This document shows, piece by piece, positions 40,304 through 55,688 of a DNA stretch of 64,000 nucleotides; the first letter of the stretch is position 1; each line of letters starts with the position of its first letter. Made by a program: the position numbers and the translations under genes. This stretch comes from the human T2T-CHM13v2.0 reference genome, Homo sapiens. The notes beneath the pieces were generated by a model. That model made no database searches and was not told the origin of the DNA. It saw nothing but the letters and a program-made list of their open reading frames with translations. The stretch lies in the NCBI RefSeq assembly GCF_009914755.1, contig NC_060929.1; one strand, written 5' to 3'.

Positions 40304-41733
40304 AAGGCATCACATACCTGTCCTCAAAGTATTCTATAATTATACAATAACTAAAACAACATGGTACTGATACAAAAACAGACACGTATACCTATGGAAT
40401 AGGTTTGAGAACCCAGAAGTAAAGCCGCAAATATACAACCATTTGATCTTCAACAAAGTCAACAATAACAAGCAATGGGAAGGGAAATAAATCCCTATTC
40501 AATAAATGGTGCTAAGATATTTGACTAGCCAAATGTAGAAGATTGAATCTGGATCTCTACCTTTCACCATATTCAACAATCAACACAAGATGGATTAAAG
40601 ACTTAAATGGAAAACCTAAAACTATAAAAACCCTAGAAGAAAACAGGAAATACCATTCTGGACACTGGCACTGGCAAAAACTTCATCACAAAGATTACAA
40701 AAGTAATTCTCACAAAAACAGAAATGGACAGGTGGGACCTAATTAAACCAAAGAACTTCTGCACAATGAAATAAGCCATCAACAGAGTAAACAGACAACC
40801 TACAGAATGGAAGAAAATATTTGCAAACTATGTATCCAACAAAGGTCGAGTATCCAAAATCTATAAGGAAATTAAGCAAAAAACAACCTCATTAAATAAT
40901 GGACAAAGGACATAAGCCGACAATTCTCAAAAGAAGACAGACAAGCAGCCAATAAACATAGGAAACAATGCTCAATATTACTAGTCATTAGAAAAACGCA
41001 AATCAAAACCAAAATGAGATGCCATCTCACACCAGTCAGAATGGCTGTCGATAAAAATTCAAAAAATAACAGATGCTGGTGAGGTTACAGAGAAAGAAGA
41101 ACGCTTATATACTGTTGGTGGGAATGTAAATTAGTTCAGCTATCTTGGAAATCCATATGGCAATTCCTCAAAGAACTTAAAACAGAACTGCCATTCAACC
41201 CAGCAATCTCATTATTGAGTACCCACCCTCCCAAAATAAGTCATTCTACCAAAAAGATGCATGCCTGCATACATTCATTGCAGCTTTATTCACAATAGCA
41301 AAGACATGGAATCACCCTAGATGCCCATCATTGGTGGACTGGATAAACAGAATGTAGTACATATACACCATGGAATACTATGCAAGTATAAAAAACAACA
41401 AGATCACGCCAATTGCTACAACATGGATGGAGCGGGAGGTCATTATCTTAAGCAAAGTAATTCAGGAACAGAAAACCAAATAACACATGTCCTCTCTTAG
41501 AAGTGGAAATTAACCGTTGAGTACACATAGACACAAAGAAGTGAACAGTAGACACTGGGGCCTACTTGAGGGTGGAGGAAGGGAGGAGGATGAGGATCTA
41601 AAAATGATCAGGTGTTATGCTGATCACCTGGGTGACAAAATGACCTGTACATCAAACTTCCATGACATGCAATTTACCCATCTAAAAAACCTGCACTTGT
41701 CCCTTGAATCAAAAATAAAAGTTGGAAAAAAAA
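40304..41733 (+). mobile_element. 5'-truncated old primate LINE-1 (L1PA15/16-like): ORF2 C-terminal remnant plus 3' UTR
   Basis: AGGCATCACATACCTG...AAAACAACATGGTACTG. ORF 40543-40746 ([26 protein letters not shown]) matches L1 ORF2. G-rich 3' UTR, then AATAAAAGTTGGAAAAAAAA. Subfamily tentative. Confidence 0.9.
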
Positions 41734-42637
41734 GATTAGTGATAGAGCTTACCCTTATCTGTAAGTTTTGAATTTATATTGTTTCATCCCATGTATAAAC
41801 TACTTTTCTCATACACATACTCCTTTCTGTGTGTTTGGCGGGGCGTGTTCTATGGGAAAGTATAATGTTTTATCATGGTTTTAACTTCGGTTATTTTAGG
41901 ATAAATTAAAAGTCAACTTTGGTGCCAGGGAAAAAAAAATCTCTCCTTGACACCCATTATAATAATTCTTTTTTGGAATTTTACTATAAGTAAGCTTCTT
42001 GCTAAAAAGTGTAAATCTATTATTTTTCTTTTACCTAATGCTTCCATATAGTTTTCTTTCTGACATTCCGATAATCTTCATGGCAGTAATTCTTTCTAGG
42101 TACAAATTTACCTGGAAAGCCTTTTAATATCTTAGTAAATGATCTGTGGAGAGACTGTAGGGAAACTTACATTGTAAGGTTGTTTGAGTAGGAGATTAAG
42201 ACTACTCAAGTAGTCTTAATCAAGTAGGAGATTAACTACGTCAAGAAAAAAAGTCAAAGATGCAGCTCCTTGAAAGCAAGGGAAAATTATGAAAGTAATA
42301 ATGGAAAAAAGCCCTATGTATGAAACAATCCTTTCATTAAACCACTAACTCTCAAAAAGTGGAACTTTGAATAGTACGCATGGTAGTTTTGCATCAGAGG
42401 TAATGAGGACAGGTTACATATGATTTTGCCTTTTACCTGAGGAAAGTAAGAGACCACTGCAGGATTTTGAGCTGAGGTATGACATATCTGACTTCAGCTT
42501 AGAGAGGATCTCTCTTGCTGTATTAACAAGACCAGGGAGAAAAGCATGGAAGTAGTGAAACCTGTTCAAAATCCAATGCAATAATCTAGGTAAGTGATGA
42601 TGGTGGCATGGCCCAGGAGACAGAGAGAAGGGGGTGA

Positions 42638-42990
<353 letters not shown>

Positions 42991-43477
42991 GCCAGAAAGA
43001 CTTTTTGTTGGTTTGGAAGGCAAAAGAGAGGAGTGAAAGTTGACTTTAAGGTTTTTGGCTTGAACAACTGGAAGGAAAGAATTGACATCAGTTGAAATGG
43101 GGAAAGCTGTAGATAGAGCAGTTCTGAAGAGAAAGAATTGGAGTCCAGTTTGAGACTTGTGAAGTTTGAGATATCTATTAGTCATCAAAGTAGCAATGTA
43201 GAGCAGGTAGTGATAGTATTAACCTGGATTTCACAAAGGAGGCCAGCATTAGATATGTAAGTTTGGGAATTATTGGCATAAAAAAATGGAAGGGAACATG
43301 AAGGGACACTGTGTAATTAGAAAAAAAAGATGAAAGATTGAGCCCTGAGGTACTCTATCATCAAAAGTTCTATCAAATAGAAGAAATGATCTAAGAAGAC
43401 TGAGCAGAAGCCATTGCTGAAGTAGGAGGAAAACTAAGAGATTATTTTACTCTAGAAGTTAAGTGAAAAAGTATATT

Positions 43478-43844
43478 TGTATTTTACACAGTTTGGGCTG
43501 CCACAACTAAGTACCATAGATTGAACAACTTACAAGAAACAGAAATTTATTTCTCACAGTTCTGGAGGCTGAAAGTTTGAGTCAGGGTGCCAGCATGATT
43601 GGATTAAGGTGAGGGCGATTTTCTGGGTTGGAGACTTCAGACTTCTTATTGTATCTTACATTGCAGAAAGCAGGGGAGAGAGCTCTCTGGAGTCCCTTTT
43701 ATAAGGGCACTAATCCCATTAATGAGGGGGCCATGTCAATGACCTAATTATCTTCCCAAGGCCCTGCCTCCTAATACCATCACATTGAGGGTGAGGATTT
43801 TAACACATAAATTTTGAGGGGACACAAATATACAGTTCATAATA
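43478..43844 (-). mobile_element. MLT1A-like MaLR solo LTR
   Basis: AACAGAAATTTATTTCTCACAGTTCTGGAGGCTG, CTTTTATAAGGGCACTAATCCCATT, CCTCCTAATACCATCACATTG, GGGGACACAAA. Confidence 0.85.
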
Positions 43845-44368
43845 TAGTAAGAGAAGTTTATGTTTAATGGTGGAGGTTAAATGCACATTACAAGGAGAGG
43901 GGGAATTGGAAAATAACACACACAACTCTTTTAAGGTGTTTTGCTGCAAAGAGGAATAAAAAAAAAATGGAAGGGAAGCTAGTGGGGGAAGTGGAGCCAA
44001 GAGAATATTTTAAAGATTAAAGAAGTAACAGCTTGTTTGCATGTTGATGGGAAAGATTCAACAGAGAGTGGGAAATCAGTGCAAAAAAGAGAGGGACAAT
44101 TGCTGGAGCACTGTCTTTGAGTAGGTGAGGAAGGCTTTGAGAAGCTGTGGGACTGGCTTTAAATAGGAACAGAGACTTCCCCTATAACAAGAAGGAAGGA
44201 AAGGATATGAAGGTGTAGATGCATGTGAGTAGATGTAGAAGTGCAACTTTATTGAAGTTCTTTTTTTCATTGCTGAATTTTCTCAAAGAATTAGAAATCA
44301 GAGTCAGCTTAGAGTGAGAGCTTGTTACTCTCACTAGACAATCATTAGAGTGAGAAACAAAGGTGTTT

Positions 44369-45257
<889 letters not shown>

Positions 45258-47884
45258 CCAGAATATTTTAAGAGTACACTTGAGAGAAGTAGTCACCATT
45301 TTAAAGTGAAAATGATTAGCATAGTTGTGTTTTTTTTTTTCCCCAGCCACTCTCAGGCGTAGAAAGTAAAGAATTGGATTTAATCTAGATAGCAGTGTTG
45401 CAAGTGACTGTGATGAATCAACAGAAATGCAAGGGAGTTGAGAGTCTATGTAAGGGAGTGATTATAAATCTATTATGAAACTTAAACTGAGTAGTGAGAA
45501 TAAAGAGAACATGGATGGGTTGATGGACAGTGGAAGGATAGAAAAATTTAGCATGGGATCAAAGAACTATTGGAGATGGAAAACTAGAGAAAGAGAACAG
45601 GAAGAATATGTGGTGGTCAGAAAGTGGGAGGCATGACATTGAGCTTGTGGAGCAGGCATAGCTATTGTTAAAGGTCTATGGTCTACCTATGGGGATAGTG
45701 ACTGAGATAGGGTGAAGAGCAGGATCCTTTGGGGAGAGGAGGTTGAAGAATACAGAAGACACCGATTAGAAAGCTCATATGTGTGGATATTACAACCACA
45801 AAGAATTACAGGAGTGGTGTTGGAAAGAATGTTAATGAGTCAGGAGCTGACATCTTTGAGAAATGAGGTAGAAGGACTTGGGAATTGATTGATCACAAAA
45901 CAATGCAGGGTAGGGGGTGATGTTTGGTAACAGGGATTTAAAGTTGATGGTTTAGGGAAGGGAGAATGAGGATGGACAAATGATGAGAGGAGCAAGGAGG
46001 ACGCGTGACCCACCTCCAAGCCTAGAACATGGGAGAAAAACAGCCACTTTAGATGGCTGGGTGGGACACAGAGTCCTCAGGGAAAGCCAGGTTTCTGCTC
46101 TCTGTAGCAAGAAAGTGAACAGAATGCTAAGAGAAGATGTTGAAGATAGAGACTTTTGCTGATGATGGATTTTATTAATAATTCCTGAAGGCATGATGGA
46201 AAAGATTTGAAAATGGCTGTTTGTGTATGGGGTGGTGGTGAGGAAGAAGGATCATGTTAGAGCCTTGTGGGAATTAAAGTATGAGAAGTGAGGTGTGACC
46301 TGAGAGTCTGAGAGTTCTTGATATAGACAGGAATAAGTGGCATAATGAGATTGGTTCTGGTGGATTCAAGGAAATTAGTGGCTATGAGTATTGGAGATTA
46401 GTGACGAGTTGTATCTGGGTTTTTCCTGATGGCTTTAAACAGAGCTAAGGAAATCTGGGAGAGTTTAGTTTCATTGTTGAACTGATGACCTGACTGATGA
46501 TGGAGGCAGAAGCCTTAGGGTAGGAGGGGTCATTTTCTCAGGAGAGGAGTTCAGTCAGCTCTCTCTTGACCCTACTGGGGGAGAGGTTATCTTACATGAG
46601 TTAGTTGATCAGTCTCTCAGCCATAGATAAGCTAAGGTGTCACTTAGATCTTTACCCATCCTTTGTTTCTTAAACAAAGGGTATTATTTTTTTTTAAATA
46701 ATTGTTTTTTAAAAATAATAGTTCTTGATTCATATGATAGTGACAATGTAGATCTGTGTCATCATAAACAGTTTTAGAGATGGATTTAAAAGCCTGAAAT
46801 ACAGAAAAAGAAAAGGAGTAAATAAAGAGAACAGTGCTCATTTTCTTGTTTTCAGTTCCTTTATTTGACTGGAGTGATGGGGTCATCAAAGAGTCTTGAT
46901 AAATTAAAATGCTTAAAAGGAAAAGATGGCAGCCTAAGACACTTTCTTAGAGTCAGTAGCGAGATTTTTGCTCTTATAAAATTATAAAATATATATTGTT
47001 CATATGTACTTGAAGGACAAAATATAATGAACTGTATAACTAGATCAGGTAAAATATTTATATATGATTTCTAAACAATTAAAGCAATATAAATGAGCTT
47101 TTGAATTTTTCTTTGTTTAGTCAGTCTCTACATTTTCCCTAGAGAAAAAGGAAGGTTGCAGTTCTTAGAGATTGAGATATTTTCCTTATCTTTTAAATTT
47201 GTTGTGACCATAAAAAGATACTATCCTTCTAATGAAAGGGATTGTTTATACTTTCTATCTACATATGCTTTCTGTCATAAAGGTTAGTGTAGCTGCAGTA
47301 TTTCCCATCCTATTTTCCATCCCATGTGGGAAAAAAATTTGGATCTAAAAACAACTTCCAGATTAGACAGAGCAAAGCTTTTATTTATTTCACGTAATTC
47401 AACCCATGCCTATTACTTGTCTATATTATTTTTATATTATATCCAATCATGAAAACACTATAATAATAGTTTTGGGAACCAAAATATAATATTAATTTTG
47501 CTTATTTGGTCTGTTCCCAAATGTTCCATTTTCTTCCGACTGAGAAACTCATTTCTGTGTAACTTTTAGTAATTTTCTAGTGTAGAGTCGCAGTGATTTG
47601 CAGTTTGTCAGCACTGAGTGTAGCCTGGCTTCTTAATTTAAAACGGAGGCCCAAACTGGTGCTGTGGCTTTTGGGGCTGTGGTTTCCTTCTCATCATCAA
47701 TTATCCCATGGTTACTTTTGAGAATTCCCGTAGGCCTGAGACTCCAGAAGATACAACTTGAGTCTGGGATTCACAGGTATGGATGATACTTAAACTTTTG
47801 CTAACAAATTATAGGTAATTTGTGAAAAGAGGAATCCTGGGGTGAGAAAATGAATAGTGGGGTTGGATATTAGATGGCAATAGA

Positions 47885-48045
47885 CTGACTCATATTTGAA
47901 CTTTAATTCTGCCACTTAATAGCTGTGGGACTTTGGATATGTTATTTAACAATTCTGAGCCTCAGTTTACCTATCTGAAAAATGAATATGCTGCAGCATT
48001 GCTGTGAGAGTGTAGACATACTTTCTGTGAATTCTAGCTATGTGG
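47885..48045 (+). mobile_element. MIR SINE fragment
   Basis: TCTGCCACTTAATAGCTGTGGGACTTTGG...CTGAGCCTCAGTTTACCTATCTGAAAAATG core. Confidence 0.8.
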
Positions 48046-49599
48046 TACATACTATTTATTACCAAGATTTATACTGATTGTATGACAATGTACAAAATTT
48101 CTACTCTAGTTGAAATTTTCCTGCTCTGTTTTCCTTTTGTTCTTTAGGGAAACAAGTCATTTGTTTCTCTCTTTCCTGTTTAAACTTTGAGCACATACAA
48201 TTCTATCCCTAGGGTACAACTCGTTTGTGGCTTGTCTGGCATTTGGATTAAAGCAGCTATTTGTGATGCCTCTGAGCTTCTTTCCTGTGTGTATCAGCAG
48301 CAGAGTTAGTCAATGTGGCTGCTCTAATGTGATGTAACAACCTGTTTTGCTTAAAGCCAAGGCTGTCATTTGATAGCAGTATCACATTTATGAACATTCC
48401 CATTTGCTTTTCTGGTAAAGACATGTGACAGCTAATTCCATGTTTTTTTTTTCTTTTCATCCTAAAGGAATAAATGTTTCAGTTTGTAACAAATTGACCT
48501 TTATGGTCTATCTAAAGTGCAAAGTGGACGCTATTAGTTTTGAGATTTGCTCTGTTTGAAGTTTCTAGGAAAAATATCAGCAATATAGTGATTTTTTTCT
48601 AAGCTATAAAAGTATAGCAATTTCATTGTCTTTTGTGAGAAATGAAGAGAATGGTTGCCAGGAGACTAAAATGGATCTTAGGGTACTAGATGGAAGAAAA
48701 AAAATTTCCCACTACCTTCTAAAACAAAACTGAAAATAGAAAATATTCACAGCAGCATTCCCCAATGGCTGGAGCTTTTCACTTGGTTGGACACAGCAAT
48801 AAAACTTGTCCAGAAAATAAACCCATACATTTTATGCCTACACATATTTTGGGGATAAAAGACATTGAAACTTCCTCTTTCAAACTCATTTTAAACCCAC
48901 AAAAGAAAAATCTTTACATTATTACAGCCCCTAACTTGCCTATATTAGTTGTCCAACATCATGAGGTTTTTTATCCATCCTCCCCTGACACCCTACCTAT
49001 CGTTATTTTTTATTATTTGCATTTTTTTTTGTTTTCTTTGTGACCACTGATTTTTCCAATGACTGATTTCAGGTCCGACTGTGTTAATCCTGTCTACAGT
49101 TTGTAGCCTCCATTCTGCTACAGCAGATTATTTCTTGTTATTCTTAGTTTCTGTTGATCTATAGATCAACTATCGTGTGGTAACTGCTATTTCATCAGCC
49201 TTGTGTTTTCTTTTTCTCAGAATTAATTAACTTCTGAGAATTGTTTAGGGCTTTCTGTCTATATGAAAAATTTACTCCTTTGCAAAGTATGCATTGGCTT
49301 TCAAAGAACTTTTACCTCAGTGTTGACTATGCAGAATTAGTATGTACTGAATATTTTTTAGGAATCAAACCCAAATGCTTTCATAGACCAGGCAGGTAAC
49401 ACATATGTAAAGTAGGAAGGCAGGGACACAGAAGAAAATGAGTAAAACTGGAGTCTGGGGTAAGAGAAAGTTGTATGACTTCCATAAATATCTGCCAGTT
49501 AATTTTTTTCTAAAACACTGTGCCTAACCAAACCACTGTTGTCTTTCACTGGTCAAATTGTTGATGACAAATATTGCTTCAATTTAATTCTTATTAAAT

Positions 49600-49760
49600 T
49601 TAAATCTTATTAACTTACTAGGTACGGATTTTATTATTCCCATTTTACAGATAAGAAAATTGAGGCTCAGAGAATTTAGATAATTTGTTTGAGGTCATAG
49701 TGAAGATTAGGAAGGAGAAATTTAAAATCATATCTTCTGGATCTAAATCCTATGTTAATT
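49600..49760 (-). mobile_element. MIR SINE fragment
   Basis: TATTATTCCCATTTTACAGATAAGAAAATTGAGGCTCAGAGA core. Confidence 0.85.
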
Positions 49761-49906
49761 CCCTCTTTATAGAGCTGCTTCCACAGCCTTGAATATACCC
49801 AGAATTGATAGAATAACTCATTCACCCAAAAATTATTTATTATGTGCTAAAGAATAGTCTAAGCAGGGGAAGTAGAGAATTGACCAGAAAAAACTGCCTT
49901 CACACC

Positions 49907-50272
49907 TGTATTAGTCTGTTCTTATGCTGCTAATAAAGCCATACCTAAGACTGGGTGTTGTATAAAGAAAAAGAGGTTGAACGGAATCACAGTCCCATGT
50001 GACTGGGCAGCCCTCACAATCATGGCAGAAGGCAAAGAAAAAGCAAAGGCAAGTCTACGTGGTGGCAGGCAAGAGAGAGCTTGTACAGGGGAACTGCCAT
50101 TTATAAAACTGTCAGATCTCATGGGACTTATTCACTATCACAAGAATAGCACAGAAAAGACCTGCCCCCACAATTCAGTGACCTCCCACTGGGTCCCTCC
50201 CATGACACGTGGGAATTACGGGCGCTACAATTCAAGATGAGATTTGGGTGGGGTTATAGCCAAACCATATGA
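49907..50272 (-). mobile_element. THE1B-like MaLR solo LTR
   Basis: TGTATTAGTCTGTTCTTATGCTGCTAATAAAG...CTCACAATCATGGCAGAAGG...TACAATTCAAGATGAGATTTGGGTGGGG...CCAAACCATAT. Near-TSD ACACC/GCACC. Confidence 0.92.
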
Positions 50273-52102
50273 GCACCTGTCAATTCTCTATTTCTTCCCC
50301 AGTACTTAGAGTATTCCTTAGCATATAAAATTACAAGGCAAGAGATTCTTATGCTAGATTTTGGCATTCATTACAACTGAGGACTCCCTGAAATTATATA
50401 GGAAAATTTGTTGGCTGTATATATTTGAATGTTTGTGGAGAACTAGAACATGGGTAGAATATTCACAGCATTAATAAGATTCTTAAAAGCAGTTATAGTC
50501 TCCAAATTCAAAGAAAACTAAGTTAAAGTTTCCTGGTTTAAACTGTTTTTCTTTTTTTTCCTAATAGTAAAAGAAGAGGCTACTTATGAAAAGTACATAT
50601 TAAATATAGATTATTTATGAATTACAAATTGAAGGATAATTGGCATTTAAAAATTTGAAAATATGGTTTTATAAATTTTTGAAACCAAATATCTCATTTT
50701 TTGCAATGCATATTTAAATAAAAACTTTATTTGTAATTTTTAATAGTTAAATTTTCCTATAACTTGTATAATATCTAGTCTACAAGATTATATTAAAATT
50801 ATGTTTACTTGATTATCTCTTTCTTTGTGTATTTCTACTGCTGTAGAAATTTGTGAAAATATATTTACCTATTCTTTTTTTTGTAAAATATATGTTGAAA
50901 AGGAAGTGACTACTATATGGGTATACTTTTTTGTTGTTATATATGTTTTTATTTTTCATCAAGTGATTTTAATGAAATATTAACTAGTATTTTAACTTGG
51001 AACACTACTCATAAGATCTAAGTTAAATGGACATGTGCCATATAAATGAACTTATTAAATATTTCTGGGAGAATATTTATCTGGTAAAAAAAGAAAAATT
51101 TCCCCCTTGATAGAGAAATACTCATTACAGTGAACAATCACTGATTTAAAAATGTATCTGAAGGAAGTAACAAACACCCCATCTAGTTAAAAATATTCAT
51201 GAAGAGTTCATGGTGAATTCTGTAAAACATACTGCATTTTAGTTGTCCTGTTTCTCATTGCAACTGTTGGAAGCTATCCAATTCCTTTGGTTGAGTATTA
51301 CTTTTCAAAGTTAATGAATAAATCCTAATATATCTGTATTCAAAACAGCTCATAGGCCTTCTAATATTCTGAGCACAGCCTGTGCTGATTTTCCACCTCT
51401 TCAGAGCAAGGGTAATATTTGTCACAAGGTGAATATCTTTAAACTGCCTCAAAATAAATAAAAGCATCGTGATATGAAATTTACTTTCTGTGATCCTTGA
51501 AATGCTACGGAATACAGGACATTTGCTTAGAATTTTATTTTTCTCCCTGCATGTTTTAAAACTTCACCATGATTATCAAAATTGTTCTTTGTGTTTTATC
51601 TGGCTCTTATTTCTTCCTCTCTCTTTGAGGCAGCCCCTCTGACATTGTCATCCAACTTTTTTGGTTGAGGTACCCAATGCGAATTCTAAAAAACTAACCA
51701 ATCTATAGGCTACTAATATTTTCCTCAGCAACCAGTTTACTTGTTAATTTTTATTCTTCTCTTTTAGTTACATAATTATTTATAGGTATTTACTTTTCTT
51801 TCTGTACTCAACATAGATTTTAGTCAGTCTTCCTACTTATTGGCATCAATGTTAATTCATGCCCTAATTGGAGGAAAAATAAGTGTCTTAGAAACTACCA
51901 AATTATCTCAAGGGATCTACTCTTAATGTATTTCTCTTTTGCCTTGGATCAAATGTAACTTATTGCTCATTCACCATAGTTTGTTCGTGTTAGACCTCCT
52001 GGTTTTATTACCACCAGTACCTTATTACCTGACACATGTTTTTCATTTAGTATAAAGTTTTATTTTTAAAAAATATGTTCTAAAAATTGTAAACTGGTCA
52101 AG

Positions 52103-52665
52103 TGTAATTGATTTAATTGTAATCCTCAAACAGATATGCCCAAATATTGACCCTTGGTACTATCAATATGACTTTATTTAGAAAGGGTCTTTGCAGATGT
52201 AATTAATGTAAAAAACTTAAGTTGAGACCATCTGATTAGGGTGGGCCTAATAAAAGTTATGATTGTGACTTTATAGAAGACAGGAATGGAGGCAGGCATG
52301 GTGGCAAATACCTATAGTCCCTGCTTCTCAGGAGGCTGAGGTGGGAGAATCACTTGAGCCCAGGAGTTTGAAGCCAACTTGGGCCACATATTGAGACCTG
52401 TCTCTCTTAAAAAAAAATAAAATAAAACACGGAAAAGAAAAAGCCACAGGCAGACACAGGGAAAGCCATGCGATGGCAGAGGTGGAGATTGGAGTGATGT
52501 GTCTGCAAACCAAGGAGCAGCACGGATTGCCAACAGCTGTTGTAACTTAGGACAGGCACTAAACAGATTCTGCCTTTAAGTCTCTGGAACTGACTGTGCC
52601 AACAGCTTAACTTCAGACTTCTGGCCTCCAGAACTGTGAAAGAATAAATTTATATTGTTAAAAAA
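52103..52665 (+). mobile_element. MLT1C-like MaLR LTR, interrupted by an Alu monomer
   Basis: GGGTCTTTGCAGATGTAATTAA, ATTAGGGTGGGCCTAA, GAGATTGGAGTGATG, CAGACTTCTGGCCTCCAGAACTGTGAAAGAATAAATTT. Confidence 0.8.
52291..52428 (+). mobile_element. Free Alu monomer (FLAM-like)
   Basis: GGCAGGCATGGTGG...GGAGGCTGAGGTGGGAGAATCACTTGAGCCCAGGAGTTTGA...GAGACCTGTCTCT plus A-rich tail; single arm only. Confidence 0.85.
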
Positions 52666-54722
52666 ATTGTAAGGACTTCATTTACTTTTAGAATGCGTGT
52701 TGTAACAATAATTATTCTTGATTTGGCACTGTCTCTGGAATTAGCCACAGAAGACATAGTCCAGGAACTCAGGTCCCCAGAAATGTTCTCATATTCCCAC
52801 ATAGGGATCCACCTGTGACTTGGACAAGGAGAGTCTGGAATTCTAAGAGTACAGCCCCGGAGCATTCTGATTTTCCTCCCTCTCACTCCTTCTGGCATTT
52901 AGAGAGAGTATTGTCTGAAATTATCAAGGGCTAGGGTCGACGAAACATCCAACTTCTATGTGTTTAAAGGCATTTTCTGAAATTTCCTGTATGCTGCTCT
53001 CCTATTTTTTGTTCGTTGTTTGTTTGTCTCTTTTTCTGATACAGAATTTAGGCAGTTCTTACTGGGCTAATCTTTGACTATAGATTTTGTGAATCCATGG
53101 GAGTTTTTCCACAATATCCCCGTGTTTTTTACTCTTTTCTTCAATCATAAAAAGACTCTATCCTTTACGCTCAGGACCTGAGATTAAAGCCCTTCAGTGA
53201 TGTAGGTTATCAGGGTCTGAAAAAAAAACCCATTTCCTGTTGGCTGCTTCAAGCCAGGATTAGAGCAGTTTCCTGTTCTTCCCTTGCTCTATGCATTGTT
53301 TTTGGTCTTACTGCTCTTAGGATTCCTGGTATATTGACCTAAATACTTAAGTCCCATACCTCAGTTCACTTTAACATCACTCCTAACTCTAAACTGTGTC
53401 TTGCACCATGAACACTACTTACACTTAGCCAGTGTTCTGCCAGAAGTGAGATGAGGGGAACCTACAATAAGCCAGTTTTACTAATTGTCAGCCTTTCTAG
53501 TAAAAACCTAGTAAAATATCACATATGGTAAAAGGTTAGATTAGAAGAAGACTGAATGTTCTGGATAAAATAAGGCTTGGGATTTATAAGGGAATTTCCA
53601 TTTCCATGTATTCTGTATCCTTCATTACTGGGGATAATTGCAAGCTGGTAGTAATAACGCTAATGAGGTATATGTAAATATGAGATGCAATAGAATAAAA
53701 TTAAGCCATGTATGCTTGCCAAATAATGAACTTTTGGTGTTTCAGTTAAGCTGAATGCATCCCAAATATTTTCAAGGAAGGTCTTAAAGCCCCACTACAC
53801 TAAAAGGTTTGAGGAAACAGATTTTTAGAAGAGGCTAAAAAACTTTTGGGAAAGGAATGATGAATGAAAGACCTTTCCTTTTTCTATTAGTAAATGAAGT
53901 ATATGAATGAACTTTAAAATCATGAACAAATGGTTGCCTATTATTTTAGAGGGCTCAACAAATTGATCATCACCAAGTAGAAATAAAAGCATACCTTGAA
54001 GCCTTTATTTCTGGGCAGGTCTGACTGGCTTTACATATCAGGAGCAAAGATTTTAAACAATCTTAAGTCTATGCAAAGGAAAGTATTTGTTCCAGTACTT
54101 TAAGATGGAGATGAATCAGAAAACGGTTTTATAGTGTGTATTATTTCTCACTGGGCCCAGGTAGTAAAATATGATGTGTTAAAGCTATTTTCATCCCCTA
54201 ATTAATGAGAAATTAAGAGTGTTTATTTGACTGGATAGTGTTGGAGGCCTGGTGTGTTAGTGGTCAACCATCAAGACTAAACTGGTGGTTTAACCTTTCA
54301 TTATATGTTTCCTAAGTGGCTTTAACTTTCTGCAGATGAATCTTTGAAACAAATGAAGTAAACTTTTCATGATTTGTCAGCTATATAACCTGTGTTTTGC
54401 TTTTGATGTCAAGACCTCTTCTTTTGGTTCTAGTAGCTAAGTAGTGGAGATAACATGTCTATCTTAGAAGTTTAGAAGAATGCACAATTCACCACTTAAA
54501 ATAATTCTTCAGGATGCTAATTTGTTCACATACCTAAGGAGAAACCCTAATGCATGGAAATATAAATTTTTATACATCAGTAGAAGGCTAATTTAGACTC
54601 CTTCCTTTCCATCATGGGGATACATATGTGTGATCCAGTAATGATTGTCCTAATCAGTTTTTTCTTCTTGAAGGAAGCAAACAATCTTAAATTTATTTTA
54701 TTTATTTTTTTAAAAGAAATCC

Positions 54723-55089
<367 letters not shown>

Positions 55090-55589
55090 TTAGACTAGAT
55101 ATTCAGGCTGATGGAAGAGAAGAAAATGGAAAAGTGAAAAATAATAGTAGTATTCCTGGATGGGATGCACGGGCATTTCTAGACGAAGGACTCTAATCAA
55201 CAGCCTCAAGAGACATAAAAATGCATGAGTTGAGCTAGACCTGGCAGCTTGATTTTTTCCTCTGGTATGGGCATGTCCTTGATTTCATCAGTCTTTCTCT
55301 GCTAGATTTCCCAGGGAATGAAGTCTTCAGGTTTTTATGTGCTTCCTTTCAAGTGAGAGCCGCAGGTGTGACACATTTTGAAAGCTGTAGTAAACAAACT
55401 TCTGCCGAGAGGATGAGAAAAAACACAAAACTAAACTTTGAGGTGATTTTCTGTCAAACTTCAGTAGTTAGTTATACAGCAGAAAGAACCATAATTGGAA
55501 TTCTTTTTATATGTGCTAGAATGAGAAAATGCTTTTCTAGTATAGGAATGAGATATTGATGATATCGATGAGAATATCACTTGAACAAT

Positions 55590-55688
55590 AGGCTCATGAA
55601 GACAGGGGTTAGACTGACCTCTTGTACCCAATGCCTGGCATGAAGTAAGGAATTCTACAAATTTTTGGTGAATGAATGAATAAATGAA
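55590..55688 (+). mobile_element. L2 3' end fragment
   Basis: CATGAAGACAGGG...AATGCCTGGCA...AAATTTTTGGTGAATGAATGAATAAATGAA, with the (TGAA)n tail typical of L2. Confidence 0.7.

Noticed and set aside
41836-41847. TGGCGGGGCGTG GC-box/E2F-like motif
   Set aside because: Isolated motif with no CpG island or other promoter evidence.
47581-47783. Possible plus-strand exon (TTTTCTAG| ... CAG|GTATGG)
   Set aside because: Splice-like motifs of this strength are common in AT-rich DNA. There is no recognisable protein similarity or partner exon.
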